Assembly: GCA_000388065.2 (NCBI GenBank)
Contig: KB932214.1
Length of the DNA stretch: 59,674 nucleotides
Direction: 5' to 3' (one strand)
From: Fonticula alba ATCC 38817
Taxonomy: Eukaryota > Protista > Nucleariida
Each line of letters starts with the position of its first letter. Position 1 is the stretch's first letter. This document shows, piece after piece, positions 22,056 to 32,078 of this stretch. The position numbers were made by a program, and so were the translations under genes. The notes under the pieces are model-generated. The model did not search any database. It saw only the letters and a program-made list of their open reading frames with translations, and was not told where the DNA came from.

Positions 22056-25000
22056 CTATTGAGTCTTTCGAGGGATGATTCTCACATCGTCTACATGGCA
22101 GATGTTTGAGTCCCACCCTTGAGGCTTGCCCTCAAGTTCGATGACGTTGTTGGATTTCAGGCATTTCACTCGGAACATCGTGTGCGCTTTCAAGCCCGGC
22201 TGCTTATTTAGCGTCTTGTCTCGATCGGTGAGCAGAGGAACCACCCAGTCTCCTGGGCGGATGTCGTGCCTGCGCGTCTTGGCCATGCGGGCCTCAATGC
22301 GTTTCCTTGCCTCCTTCTCGAAGCGTTTCTTTACTTCTTCGAGAACCTCTGGGGTGAGTTCTTGGTTTTTGGGGAGCAGAGCCATTGGAGAAGTGACGTC
22401 ATGCTTCCCATGGACCAAGAAGTGAGGGCTGTAACCCAGCGAGGTCGGGCACGCATTGTGCGCTCGAACTGCTCGAGAGATGGCTTCCTTGATGTCGATG
22501 GTGTCGTCTTCTGCCACGATAGTTGCGAGCTTTGCCTTAATAGAGCGGATTCCTCTTTCTGCCGTACCATTAGATTGCGCTCTATATGCTACTGAACGTA
22601 CATGCACGATATCTTGTCCAATGAGGAATGATGTGAACTCAACCGAGGTGAAAAGAGAGTCGTTGTCAGAGATGAGGACTCGAGGAGCGAATGGGTTGAT
22701 TAGTTCCTCCAAGAGTCTTTCTTTGACAACCCGAGATGTGATGCGGCCTTCGAACGGGATAGCCATGACATAGCGAGTCAGGACATCCACGATAATCAGG
22801 CACTTGAGTTTCTTCTTTGGGTCCTGTTTGGTCCAGAACTCGGTAAAGTCGATTGCCACGCATTGCATGGGGCCATCCGGAACTCGCACTGGGGACGGAT
22901 TGTAGACCTTCGAGTTCTTAGGTTTGTACCTCAGGCATGTGGGACAGTTCTGGGTCACTCTTTCCACTGCCAGACGGAATCCTTTTCCAGTGAACATCTT
23001 CCGAATGATTTGGAGCATCGCTTTTTGACCAGGGTGAGCTAGTCCTGCCTCGTAATGTAGATGGTGAACTAGAGCCTCGACCGCCTGATCAGGGACGATA
23101 ATCCGCCGCCCCTTATAGAGGAGAGGCCGTTCTCCTGTATCCGTTGTCTCGATATCCTCATCCCCTTCCTTCTTATGCAGCTCAATCTGTGCCTTACGAA
23201 GGATTTCGTGAAGGGAGGTTAGTCGATCGATCTTCCCAATCAATGGGATGTGTAGATGGCCACTCCGAGAGAGGTTCGTGTGGACCGTGGAAGGAAGGTT
23301 GGGGCCAGTGGCCGGGACCTTCTTTGTACTAGAGGACTGGAACATATGGTCTCTCAGAGGAATACCATAAATTCGGTCCTTATCAATGCGCCGTTTCTCC
23401 GGCTTGTCGAGGATGTCTTGGTCCTCTTCTTCCGGACGCTCCCTTTTCAGGCCAATCCGCGCGGGAATGCGTGACAGGTAGTCGGCCGCCGAATTGTCCT
23501 CGCCGCTGATGTACTTCAGCTGCAAGAAGGGGAACTCTTCCAGACGAGCTATCCATCTTGCCACCCTCATGGAGATGAACTGCTCCTTCCGCCAGTGGGA
23601 GATGACTTGGTTGTCGGTAAACACGGTGATGCGCCGGCCGTTCTGGACCAGATAGGCCCATCGCTCCAGGGCCATGATCACTCCAAGCATCTCCTTCTCA
23701 TGGATAGGATAGGCGCGCTGAGCCGGCTGCAGGGTCTTATTGAAGTACTCTACGATGCAGCGCTCCCGCTTCCCCGTCTCCTTGTTCATTCGATATTGCA
23801 TTAGTACTGCTCCAACGCTGTCCTGAGACGCGTCAGAGAAAATGAAGAAGGGCTCTGTGATGTCGGGGGCATGCAATGCACAAGACTGTTGCAGAAGCCT
23901 CTTGATGGCCTCGAAATGCACCCGAATCTCAGGAGTCTCTTGGATCTTCCCCTTTGGGTTTCCCTTTAGGAGATCATTGAAAGGATTCGTGTGCACCGCT
24001 AGCCGAGGCAGCCAGGGCGACACGTATCCTACCATCCCCAGGAAGCGCCGCAACTCCTTGACGGTTCCTGGGAATGGCAGACTGTTGATTTGTTCAATCC
24101 GCTGTTCGGTGATGCTGATGGCGTCCTGTCCGATGGTAAAGCCAAGGTACTCGACCCGGTTGACACCAAAGCAGCACTTGTCAAGGTTCAGCTTGGCGTT
24201 GGCCCGGTCTAGCGCCTCCAGCACTTGTCGTACGTGTTCCACATGCTCCTCCTCCGAATTGGAGAAGACCATAATGTCGTCCACATAGAATGTGCAAAAG
24301 TCCTCGTACGGTTCGAGGATCTTGCCCAACTCTTCGGAGAAGACATGCGTGGCGATGTTGAGTCCGAACGGCATGCGCAAACACTCGAAGAAGCGGTTCT
24401 TATACTTGAACGCCAGTAGCCTCTGAGACTCCTGGGCAATGGGAATGTGGTGGAAGGCGTTGGACAAGTCCAGCGTTGTGAAGACGCGGGCTTGTGACAC
24501 CTTCTGCAACAGGGCGTGGGCAATGGCCAAACGGCCCTTGCGAGGAGGCACGACTTCGTTCAGGGAGCGCAAGTCTATGCAGACCCTGATTTTTCCATTC
24601 GCCTTCGGGATGATGATCAATCCGGCAGCGAATTCGGCTGAAGACACCTCCTTGAAGAGGTTATTTTCGATTCCTTCCGTTATCCACTCCAAAACCTGCG
24701 GCTCATGTTCCCGCGGAATCGGGATGTGCGCTGGTTTTTGGCGAGGGACATCCTCCCGAATCGTGATGGTCAAGGGCTGGCAAGTGTTCAGGGATGGGCA
24801 TGGCTCGCGCTCTCGGATGCGTTCCATGACTGTCTTCCAACTGTCATCCATCATCTGGGACACTTGCTGTGCCGCCAGGCGAGGGGCTCGTGGGGCCACC
24901 TCATATTCGTAGTCAAAATCATCATGATGCCCTCGGGGCAATAGGTCTTCGTCTCTCGGGGACAAGGGAGCAGGAACCTTGGGGTTATGCATGCGTAGTT

Positions 25001-27182
25001 CCCCAAGTTCCCTCCTCAGGCCCGGCAGCAGAGCTAAGCTAGCCTCCCCGCCCAAGAGAACGTACGAGAGCGGTATGTCCAGCACAATGGCGGAGATTCG
25101 CATGGTAGTGTGGTCTGGAAGCGTCATCTCGAAGTCGCAGACATGGCTGGCGGTATGAAGTCCTCCTGTCGCGTCCACAAAGCGAATCGGCCTGGCTTTC
25201 ACCTTCAGACCTGAGCGACGTGCCATCCACAGTGGCACCACCGAGAGCTCTGCCCCGGTGTCTATCTTCACCTTGGTTGCTGGATGAATGGAGGTCGGGC
25301 GGAGACAAGTGAAGTCCTCCCCTTCCTTCGGATGCACTGCCCTCTTAGTTCCTCTACCTTTACCTTGGGACCCCTTAAGCGTGAGACTGGCAATTTCATA
25401 CACTGTCTTATCGCACAGGTCGGACGAATAGGAGTTCCCAGTGTTATTGGTGGACGGCTCGATAGAGGGGAGCTTGCTAGGTGCTTCTGAATCCTTGTCG
25501 TCCCGGCGGGGGCGCTGGGATGCTTGTGTAGGGAAGTCGGGCGAACGAGACCGCCTACGGGAGCGCACTCCCTTCGGCTTGCTCCTCCACCCTTCAGTCC
25601 CGGTGTCCGGAGCTCCCTGGCCCCGTGTGGGGATTGATCGAGGACCCGTGGGCTCTTCAATGTTGAGCCGGATAATATGTCGGCGCAGCTCATGGAATCT
25701 TCCAGAAGCTGATGCCTTCTGGAACATAACTCGGAGTTCCTTCGCGCGGTTCGGATCCGCACGCTTCCGAATTCCGACTCGATCTAGCCTAGGATCGATG
25801 TCCTTCGGACCCGCCGGGTCTAGAAAGTCGTATCGGGCAAGCATTGTCGCGAGAGATACCTCCTCTCGGTCAAAGTAGTCATGCAGCTCCTCGTACACTT
25901 GCTCCTTAGTGAGGTCCAGTCCCACCGCCCCGATGCACCACGCAGTCAGTTCGACTACCAGTGACGGGCTGTCCATCAGAGCGCCCCATCTGCGCAGCGC
26001 ATAATTGAGAATCTTCTGGTGGGAGTAGCGGACGGTCGAGCCTAGGTAAGCTTGCATGACGAATGTGGCTTCGGGAATATTCTCGGGAATGTCGTGGTGA
26101 GTCAATTCCTTCAGCAGGGAGAACACCTCCTCCGTGGTCCAGGCCTGCAGGACCCCGTTGAGCAATATGAAGTTGAGCATGAATTGGCGCAGGGCCAACC
26201 GGCCGGGTTCATGGAGGTCTGAGGGTAGTTTGAGTCCTACGACTCGGGTGGAAGCTTCGCGCTTGGCCTCCTTTGGGGTGGGCGTCAGCGCCTTCAAGAA
26301 CTTTCCAACGTTCTCGGGAGTGATGTTCAAACGTTTGACTGTCGAAGGGCCGCCAGGCTGCCGCAGGAGACTGCGGGCCTCCTTCTGCGCGAGATGTAGT
26401 GGACTCTTCTCGTCAGAGAGATCCATGGCATCCTCATCCATTTCGGCCGTGTCCATGGTGACCCCGGGGTCAGTCCCCTTGCTGGGTTCCTTCCAGAATT
26501 CTGAGAATGCCGAAACAACCTCAGGATCCTGCAGCAGCAGCTGCGCGCCCGGAAAGATTGGCTCACCTTTCCGCAAAAGATCCACGACTACGGGGTAGTA
26601 CTGCTCCCCATAGCGCTCAGCAACCCGCGTCGCCATCTCGTGACGCTTCTGGTTGCTTGACAAGAACTCCAAGGCCATACTTCGCATACCCTCTGGCGCT
26701 GAGGGACCGAAGATAGAATCCTGGAATTGCTGAGAAAGGTCCGGAGTGATGCAGATCCTGGCGATCTCTGCATCTGAGGCTCGCCGTGAGCCTGGCACCC
26801 TGTTCCGGAAAGCTTGAATTAGGGTGCTGGAGGAAAGGAAAAGTTTGACGTACGCGTCGGCAAACCGATCACTCGTGAACAGACGGTTCGCTTGGTTCAT
26901 GCTGACGACCAGGGCGAATACTGCATGGACAATCAGCACTCTATGCTCTTCCTGGATCCGGGGCTTCCACAGATCCGGAAGGGTCCCAATGTCCTGGGAC
27001 GGGTCAGCAGCGTACTGTAAGATGATGGAGAGAAGGGCACAGGCATCGTCCACCTCTGGCATCTCGAAGTGAGCCGCGCTGGCATGAATCTCCACGTCGC
27101 CAAAGCGGATGAGAGTGGCCTGCGGTCCCTTAACGGAGGACTCCTCGGTGTCGCGTCGGAAAGTAAAATTAGAGAGCGACAT
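22056..27182 (-). CDS. Gag-Pol polyprotein (1708 aa, single uninterrupted ORF)
   Basis: Protease KIDTGAELSVV. RT IRVCIDLRSLN, LDLSNAFHHI, MPFGL and FYVDDIMVFS. RNase H FSDAS, EKEMLGV, TDNQ and DYLSR. Integrase HH-CC (HLHYEAGLAHPG...CPTC), IDF, SDNDSLF, NGTAERG and GYSPHFLVHG. No CCHC knuckle and no chromodomain seen. Confidence 0.95.
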   Translation of the reverse strand: MSLSNFTFRRDTEESSVKGPQATLIRFGDVEIHASAAHFEMPEVDDACALLSIILQYAADPSQDIGTLPDLWKPRIQEEHRVLIVHAVFALVVSMNQANRLFTSDRFADAYVKLFLSSSTLIQAFRNRVPGSRRASDAEIARICITPDLSQQFQDSIFGPSAPEGMRSMALEFLSSNQKRHEMATRVAERYGEQYYPVVVDLLRKGEPIFPGAQLLLQDPEVVSAFSEFWKEPSKGTDPGVTMDTAEMDEDAMDLSDEKSPLHLAQKEARSLLRQPGGPSTVKRLNITPENVGKFLKALTPTPKEAKREASTRVVGLKLPSDLHEPGRLALRQFMLNFILLNGVLQAWTTEEVFSLLKELTHHDIPENIPEATFVMQAYLGSTVRYSHQKILNYALRRWGALMDSPSLVVELTAWCIGAVGLDLTKEQVYEELHDYFDREEVSLATMLARYDFLDPAGPKDIDPRLDRVGIRKRADPNRAKELRVMFQKASASGRFHELRRHIIRLNIEEPTGPRSIPTRGQGAPDTGTEGWRSKPKGVRSRRRSRSPDFPTQASQRPRRDDKDSEAPSKLPSIEPSTNNTGNSYSSDLCDKTVYEIASLTLKGSQGKGRGTKRAVHPKEGEDFTCLRPTSIHPATKVKIDTGAELSVVPLWMARRSGLKVKARPIRFVDATGGLHTASHVCDFEMTLPDHTTMRISAIVLDIPLSYVLLGGEASLALLPGLRRELGELRMHNPKVPAPLSPRDEDLLPRGHHDDFDYEYEVAPRAPRLAAQQVSQMMDDSWKTVMERIREREPCPSLNTCQPLTITIREDVPRQKPAHIPIPREHEPQVLEWITEGIENNLFKEVSSAEFAAGLIIIPKANGKIRVCIDLRSLNEVVPPRKGRLAIAHALLQKVSQARVFTTLDLSNAFHHIPIAQESQRLLAFKYKNRFFECLRMPFGLNIATHVFSEELGKILEPYEDFCTFYVDDIMVFSNSEEEHVEHVRQVLEALDRANAKLNLDKCCFGVNRVEYLGFTIGQDAISITEQRIEQINSLPFPGTVKELRRFLGMVGYVSPWLPRLAVHTNPFNDLLKGNPKGKIQETPEIRVHFEAIKRLLQQSCALHAPDITEPFFIFSDASQDSVGAVLMQYRMNKETGKRERCIVEYFNKTLQPAQRAYPIHEKEMLGVIMALERWAYLVQNGRRITVFTDNQVISHWRKEQFISMRVARWIARLEEFPFLQLKYISGEDNSAADYLSRIPARIGLKRERPEEEDQDILDKPEKRRIDKDRIYGIPLRDHMFQSSSTKKVPATGPNLPSTVHTNLSRSGHLHIPLIGKIDRLTSLHEILRKAQIELHKKEGDEDIETTDTGERPLLYKGRRIIVPDQAVEALVHHLHYEAGLAHPGQKAMLQIIRKMFTGKGFRLAVERVTQNCPTCLRYKPKNSKVYNPSPVRVPDGPMQCVAIDFTEFWTKQDPKKKLKCLIIVDVLTRYVMAIPFEGRITSRVVKERLLEELINPFAPRVLISDNDSLFTSVEFTSFLIGQDIVHVRSVAYRAQSNGTAERGIRSIKAKLATIVAEDDTIDIKEAISRAVRAHNACPTSLGYSPHFLVHGKHDVTSPMALLPKNQELTPEVLEEVKKRFEKEARKRIEARMAKTRRHDIRPGDWVVPLLTDRDKTLNKQPGLKAHTMFRVKCLKSNNVIELEGKPQGWDSNICHVDDVRIIPRKTQ

Positions 27183-27240
27183 CTCAGTTAGTATCCCGGT
27201 AGACCACAATGTATGTGGCAAAGTTAGATCGCTGCCTAAG

Positions 27241-27760
27241 TGAAACGCAGCGGTGTGATCCCTGGGTGGAATCGGGCAACGCGTGGATGAACGGTAATGT
27301 GTATATCTGGGTGCAAAGGGAATATACAATAGGCANNNNNNNNNNNNNNNNNNNNNNNNNNNNNNNNNNNNNNNNNNNNNNNNNNNNNNNNNNNNNNNNN
27401 NNNNNNNNNNNNNNNNNNNNNNNNNNNNNNNNNNNNNNNNNNNNNNNNNNNNNNNNNNNNNNNNNNNNNNNNNNNNNNNNNNNNNNNNNNNNNNNNNNNN
27501 NNNNNNNNNNNNNNNNNNNNNNNNNNNNNNNNNNNNNNNNNNNNNNNNNNNNNNNNNNNNNNNNNNNNNNNNNNNNNNNNNNNNNNNNNNNNNNNNNNNN
27601 NNNNNNNNNNNNNNNNNNNNNNNNNNNNNNNNNNNNNNNNNNNNNNNNNNNNNNNNNNNNNNNNNNNNNNNNNNNNNNNNNNNNNNNNNNNNNNNNNNNN
27701 NNNNNNNNNNNNNNNNNNNNNNNNNNNNNNNNNNNNNNNNNNNNNNNNNNNNNNNNNNNN
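27241..27760 (-). repeat. 5' LTR (only the 95 nt at the U5 end are sequenced; the rest is in a gap)
   Basis: 27241-27335 is identical to 21455-21549. The end coordinate is extrapolated. Confidence 0.8.
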
Positions 27761-27865
27761 NNNNNNNNNNNNNNNNNNNNNNNNNNNNNNNNNNNNNNNN
27801 NNNNNNNNNNNNNNNNNNNNNNNNNNNNNNGGGGCCGAGCGACGGCGGGGGGGGGGGGGGGGGGG

Positions 27866-27900
<35 letters not shown>

Positions 27901-28238
27901 TTATCGGGCGATGAAGTGCACACCACCGAGTGGCAGGACACAGGGAGAGAACGAGAGAGCGAGGGAGCGAGAGTGCGAGGAAAAGGGCCGAGAGCCGGTG
28001 ACTCATTTCGGCAGGGCACTAGAGCACGGTCAGATCGCCGCGGCGATCTTCCCTGCCTGAATGCCACGCGCGCAAACTCGCGCGCACAAACTCGCGCCTT
28101 CAGGAACGCAAGCGCGTGGACATGTGGCCGGAGCCCTGGCAGGGGCCCTTCCCTGCTTGGTGCGGGGGCGTTTTTTTTCCTTTCCCCGCACCCTTTTTGC
28201 CTCGGCGGGCTGGTGCTGTGTGCTCACTGGGTCTCTCT

Positions 28239-28269
<31 letters not shown>

Positions 28270-28326
28270 TCCCCCCCCCCCCCCCCCCGCCCCCCCCCCC
28301 CCCCCCCCCCACGCCCCCACCCCGCG

Positions 28327-30450
28327 CACCGGGGGCTGGCCGTTGGCGCAGCGCCGGCAGNNNNNNNNNNCACCGGGGGCTGGCCGTTGGCGCAGCGCCG
28401 GCAGGCCGGCCGCGGGAAGGGGGCCCCGATGTGGACCTTCTCCTGGGCCAGCTCGCAGCTGTGGCAGTTGTGCGCGCACGGGTAGCACACGTGCTTGTGC
28501 CGGGCCGAGGGGATGTTCGGGCACCAGTCCATGCACACGCCCTTCTGGGCGCCATGGGCCTCCAGCTGCAGGCGCTTGCCGAAGATGCAGTGGGTGCAGT
28601 CCCCGGGCCCGGGTCCGACGCAGGTGTTGCACGACGAGTGGCAGGGATGGCAGACACCGGTCCGGTCGCGGTAGAACCCGGGCTCGCACTCGACCAGGCA
28701 CTGGTTGATGTTGGTGTGGAGGAAGAGCCCCAATGGGCAGCCGGTGCAGATGGAGCTGTTCTGGGGGCAGGTGCTGCAGCCGGGCACCAGGCAGGGCAGG
28801 ATCAGCCCCGGGTATGGGCTATACCGGGTGTTGTCCTGGTGCACGCAAGTGCGAGCCCCGCGCTCCTGGAGGATGGCCAGGTTGCCGGGGCAGGAGGTGC
28901 AGAAGTTGGCCGCGCCGGAGCAGGTGGCGCAATTGGCCACGCAGGCCCGGCAGGAGCTGGTCCCGGCATCGTAGTAAGTGCCAGCCGGGCAGTCCGGCCG
29001 GCAGGTCCCATGGACCAGCGAGTGCCCCGGCCGGCAGGCGGTGCAGGCGGTCAGCGGCCCGGAGCACTCGGCGCAATTGGTCGGGCAGGGGGTGCAGACA
29101 TTGAGCACTCGCCGGTAGCCGGTCGGGCAGGGGGAGTAGCACATGCCGTCCAGGAGGGCGGCCCCGGGGGCCGAGCACTCGAGGCACACGCCGGGCTGGT
29201 TGCGCAGGCAGCGCGAGCAGCCGGGGACCGTGCACGCCTGGCAGGTGCCGTCCAGCATGTCGGTCTGCCCGGCCGGGCAGGACCGGCCGCAAGTGCCATT
29301 CAGCTGGCGGAAGAAGCCGATGCCGCAGCGCTCGCAGAGGCTGCGCTTGGATGCCGAGCATTGGACACAGTTGTTGGCCAGGCAGGGCAGGCACTGGTCG
29401 CCGGAGCGGGTGAAGCCGCTGGGGCACTCGTCCACGCAGAGGCCGACCGTGAGGCGCTGGTTGCCGAGGCGCTGCTCGTTGTATGGCAGCAGCAGGAGGT
29501 TGTTGTTGCAGGCCAGGCAGTCGGTCTTGCGGGAGCTGGTGCAGGCGGAGCAGTCTTCGTAGCACTCGAAGCAGGTCCCGTGGGCGTCGCAGCGGAGCTG
29601 GTCCACGGTCGGCGGGTTGGGCCCGAGGGTGTCATAGTGCCCGGTGCGCATGGGCCAGGAGGCGCAGTCGAAGCCGGCCGGCAGGTCCTCATCGCGGATG
29701 CACTGCTGGCCGCAGCGGGTCTCCCCCTTGGGGCAGCCCTTGTTGCAGGTCCGGTGGTGGCTCAGGAGCCAGTCATTGCGGCAGTGCGTGCAGCCGAAGA
29801 GCGTGCGCCGGTGGTCGGTGGCGCAGTGGTCGAAGAATTCGCGCGTCTCCTCGGCACACTGGCCGCTGGAGGTGATGAAGGTGCTGCAGTAGTCGCACTT
29901 GCCCGGGCGCGTGCGGCAGTCCATGCAATGCAGCGAGGGGCACTTGTCGATGATGTGCTTGCCGCTGATTTGCTTGTTCAGGGGGACCTCATGCGCCAGG
30001 GCGCAGTGGCCGTCCACCAGGTAGAAGTTGTTGAAGCACTGCGTGCATTGGGGCCGGCCGTCGGCCACCGTGGCCCGGAGGCAGCCGCGGATGGGCCCGA
30101 CGCAGTGGCCATTGTGGAGGACCTCGCCTGTGGGTGGCACCCGGGACCGGGCCCAGGGTGGCGGGGGGCATGGGGGCGGTCAGCGNNNNNNNNNNNNNNN
30201 NNNNNNNNNNNNNNNNNNNNNNNNNNNNNNNNNNNNNNNNNNNNNNNNNNNNNNNNNNNNNNNNNNNNNNNNNNNNNNNNNNNNNNNNNNNNCCGATGCC
30301 ATTGCACAGGTGCCCGGCGTCGTGGACCGGGGCCGCGCGCGACAGGGTGGCCAGGCATGCGAGCATGGCCGCCAGCAGTAGGGGCAGGCACCGGTGCAGG
30401 AGGGACCGGCTGCCGGCGGCGCTGGCCGGCGCAGTCGACGGGGGCGCCAT
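28327..30450 (-). CDS. Secreted CxxC/furin-like cysteine-rich repeat protein, paralog A (3' end unresolved)
   Basis: Exon 1 30450-30294 encodes the signal peptide (LPLLLAAMLACLATLSRA-APVHDAGHLCNGI), followed by a phase-1 intron. Exon 2 starts at 30127 (GEVLHNGHC...) with about 590 aa of CxxC...C repeats. No stop codon is identifiable before a 10-N gap and poly-C runs. Confidence 0.85.
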
Positions 30451-30640
30451 GGTGTACGGGGCAGGCGGGCACAAAGGGGGGGGGGGGACCTCTCGCTTTC
30501 GGGCCGGGGACTCTTGCTTTCCTAGGGCGGCGTGGCTGGGGGAGGGGGGGGGGGGGGGGGGGATGGTGAACAGAAAGGGCCTCGAGTGGTGGAAGCCTGG
30601 ATGCCCTGGATCTCAGCGGGACTGGCGCCCGGCCGGGGGC

Positions 30641-30647
30641 TTTTATA
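30641..30647 (-). promoter_or_regulatory. TATA box of Cys-rich paralog A
   Basis: TATAAAA about 190 nt upstream of ATG 30450. Confidence 0.5.
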
Positions 30648-31770
30648 TGCCGGGCCGTGTTGGCTGCTGGCGGCATGCCCGCATGTGCGAGCGAGTGCAG
30701 CGGTGGTGGTGACGGCGGCCGGTTCGCCGGGCCAGGCGGGGGTGTTGCGCGGAGGGGCGCCCGCTCGGGCGGGCGGGCGGGCGGGTGGGCGCACGCGCGC
30801 GCGCGCGTGCCCACGCCCGAGTGCATTCCAGCCGTTTTGGTCAGGGGCGTGCTGCTCGGCGGCGCGGCGGGCGCTTTGAATTCGGATTTTCCCCGGAGTC
30901 CCACGTCTAGGGGCAATTAATGAAAGGAGCGCGCAGGCGGCAAAGCGCCTGACCGTGTGGCATCCGAGAGTCGCGGGCCGCAGGCCGGGGGGCCGAGGGC
31001 TGGAGGCTGGGCGCCGGGCGCCGGGCGCCGGGGTGCCAGGGTCGAGGCGCGGCCCCGGGGGAGGGAGCAAGGGCCAGGGCGAGTTCGGCAGGCCGGCCGA
31101 GGGCCGGGTGTCCCTGCGGGCCGAGCGCCGGCATGGCGCCCTGTGCACCCATGCCCGCGCGGGGGCCAGGCCATCGCGCCGGCCAGCCCCCCTGCAGCCC
31201 CTGCGGGCATGCCCTGGGCAAGGCCCGGCAAAGGGCATGCGGCCGTGCGTCGATCTGGGCGCGATCGCCGATGGCGTCCGTCACAGGCCTGGGGGGCGCT
31301 GAGATCCGGCCCCCCCCCCCCCCCCCCCCCCCCGCCCCGCCACCACCGCCGAGTGCCTGACACGGTGTCTGCGCTGGCCTGCTCCCCTTGACAATCGCCC
31401 GGCCACGCGGGGCGTCGGGCCCGGCAGGGTCAAGGCGATGTGTGCCGTGCCGGCGGTCACCGACAATGGGGCGGTGCCGGTGGGCAGGCGCCCGGGCGGC
31501 CGGGCAAGAGCGACCCCGGGGCCAATGGTTAAATATTGCCAGGACAACAGCCGCGGGGGAGGGGCCTGGCGGGGGCAGGGCGCGTGGGCGTGGGCGTGGG
31601 CGTGGGCGTGCGGGCCCAAGGGGGCGCCGCGATCGCAGGGGCCCGGCACTCGGGAGCCGCATGACAGGTCCCCGCGGTGCGCATGGGGGCGCGCGCGCGC
31701 GCGCGCGGTGGCGTATTCAAGTGGCCCGGGAGGGGGCCGCCGGGGCCGTGCCACCCTGGGCGCCGGGGGC

Positions 31771-31780
31771 GTAAACAAAG
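31771..31780 (+). promoter_or_regulatory. Forkhead-type motif GTAAACAAAG
   Basis: Matches the RYAAAYA forkhead consensus; an identical 10-mer occurs at 45779. Confidence 0.3.
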
Positions 31781-31933
31781 GCCCGAAATGCCGGCCACAC
31801 GGCCGGGCCGCGAGCGAAAAGGGTGCCGGTTGCGGCGCCAGCGCGCCGGCCCCACACCGACCGCCGGGCCTGCCTCGCGCCCCGCCCCCCGCCCACGAAG
31901 CATGGCCGAGCCCCTGCCTCGGGTGCGCTGAGC

Positions 31934-32078
31934 TGTCTGTGTGTCTGTGTGTCGGTGTGTCGGTGTGTCGGTGTGTCTGTGTGTCTGTGTGTCTGTGTCG
32001 GTGTGTCGGTGTCGGTGTGTCGGTGTGTCGGTGTGTCGGTGTGTCTGTGTGTCTGTGTGTCTGTGTCGGTGTGTCTGT
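31934..32078. repeat. 8-bp minisatellite (GTGTCGGT/GTGTCTGT)n
   Basis: About 18 tandem units with two alternating variants. Confidence 0.85.

Larger units (their letters stand above)
21455..27760 (-). mobile_element. Full-length Ty3/gypsy (Metaviridae) LTR retrotransposon
   Basis: Two LTRs identical over the 95 comparable nt (21455-21549 = 27241-27335), TGAAA...TTTCA termini, a PPT, and one ORF with domain order PR-RT-RH-IN. GC is lower than the host. The right end falls in an N-gap, so the end coordinate is estimated from the other LTR and no TSD can be verified. Confidence 0.95.

Noticed and set aside
27183-28067. N-terminal 295 aa of the 2003-aa ORF as part of Gag
   Set aside because: It reads through the 5' LTR, the N-gap and host poly-C flank. 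The first plausible ATG after the PBS is at 27182.
28327-28404. 34-bp direct repeat flanking a 10-N gap
   Set aside because: Typical unmerged contig overlap, not a biological repeat or TSD.
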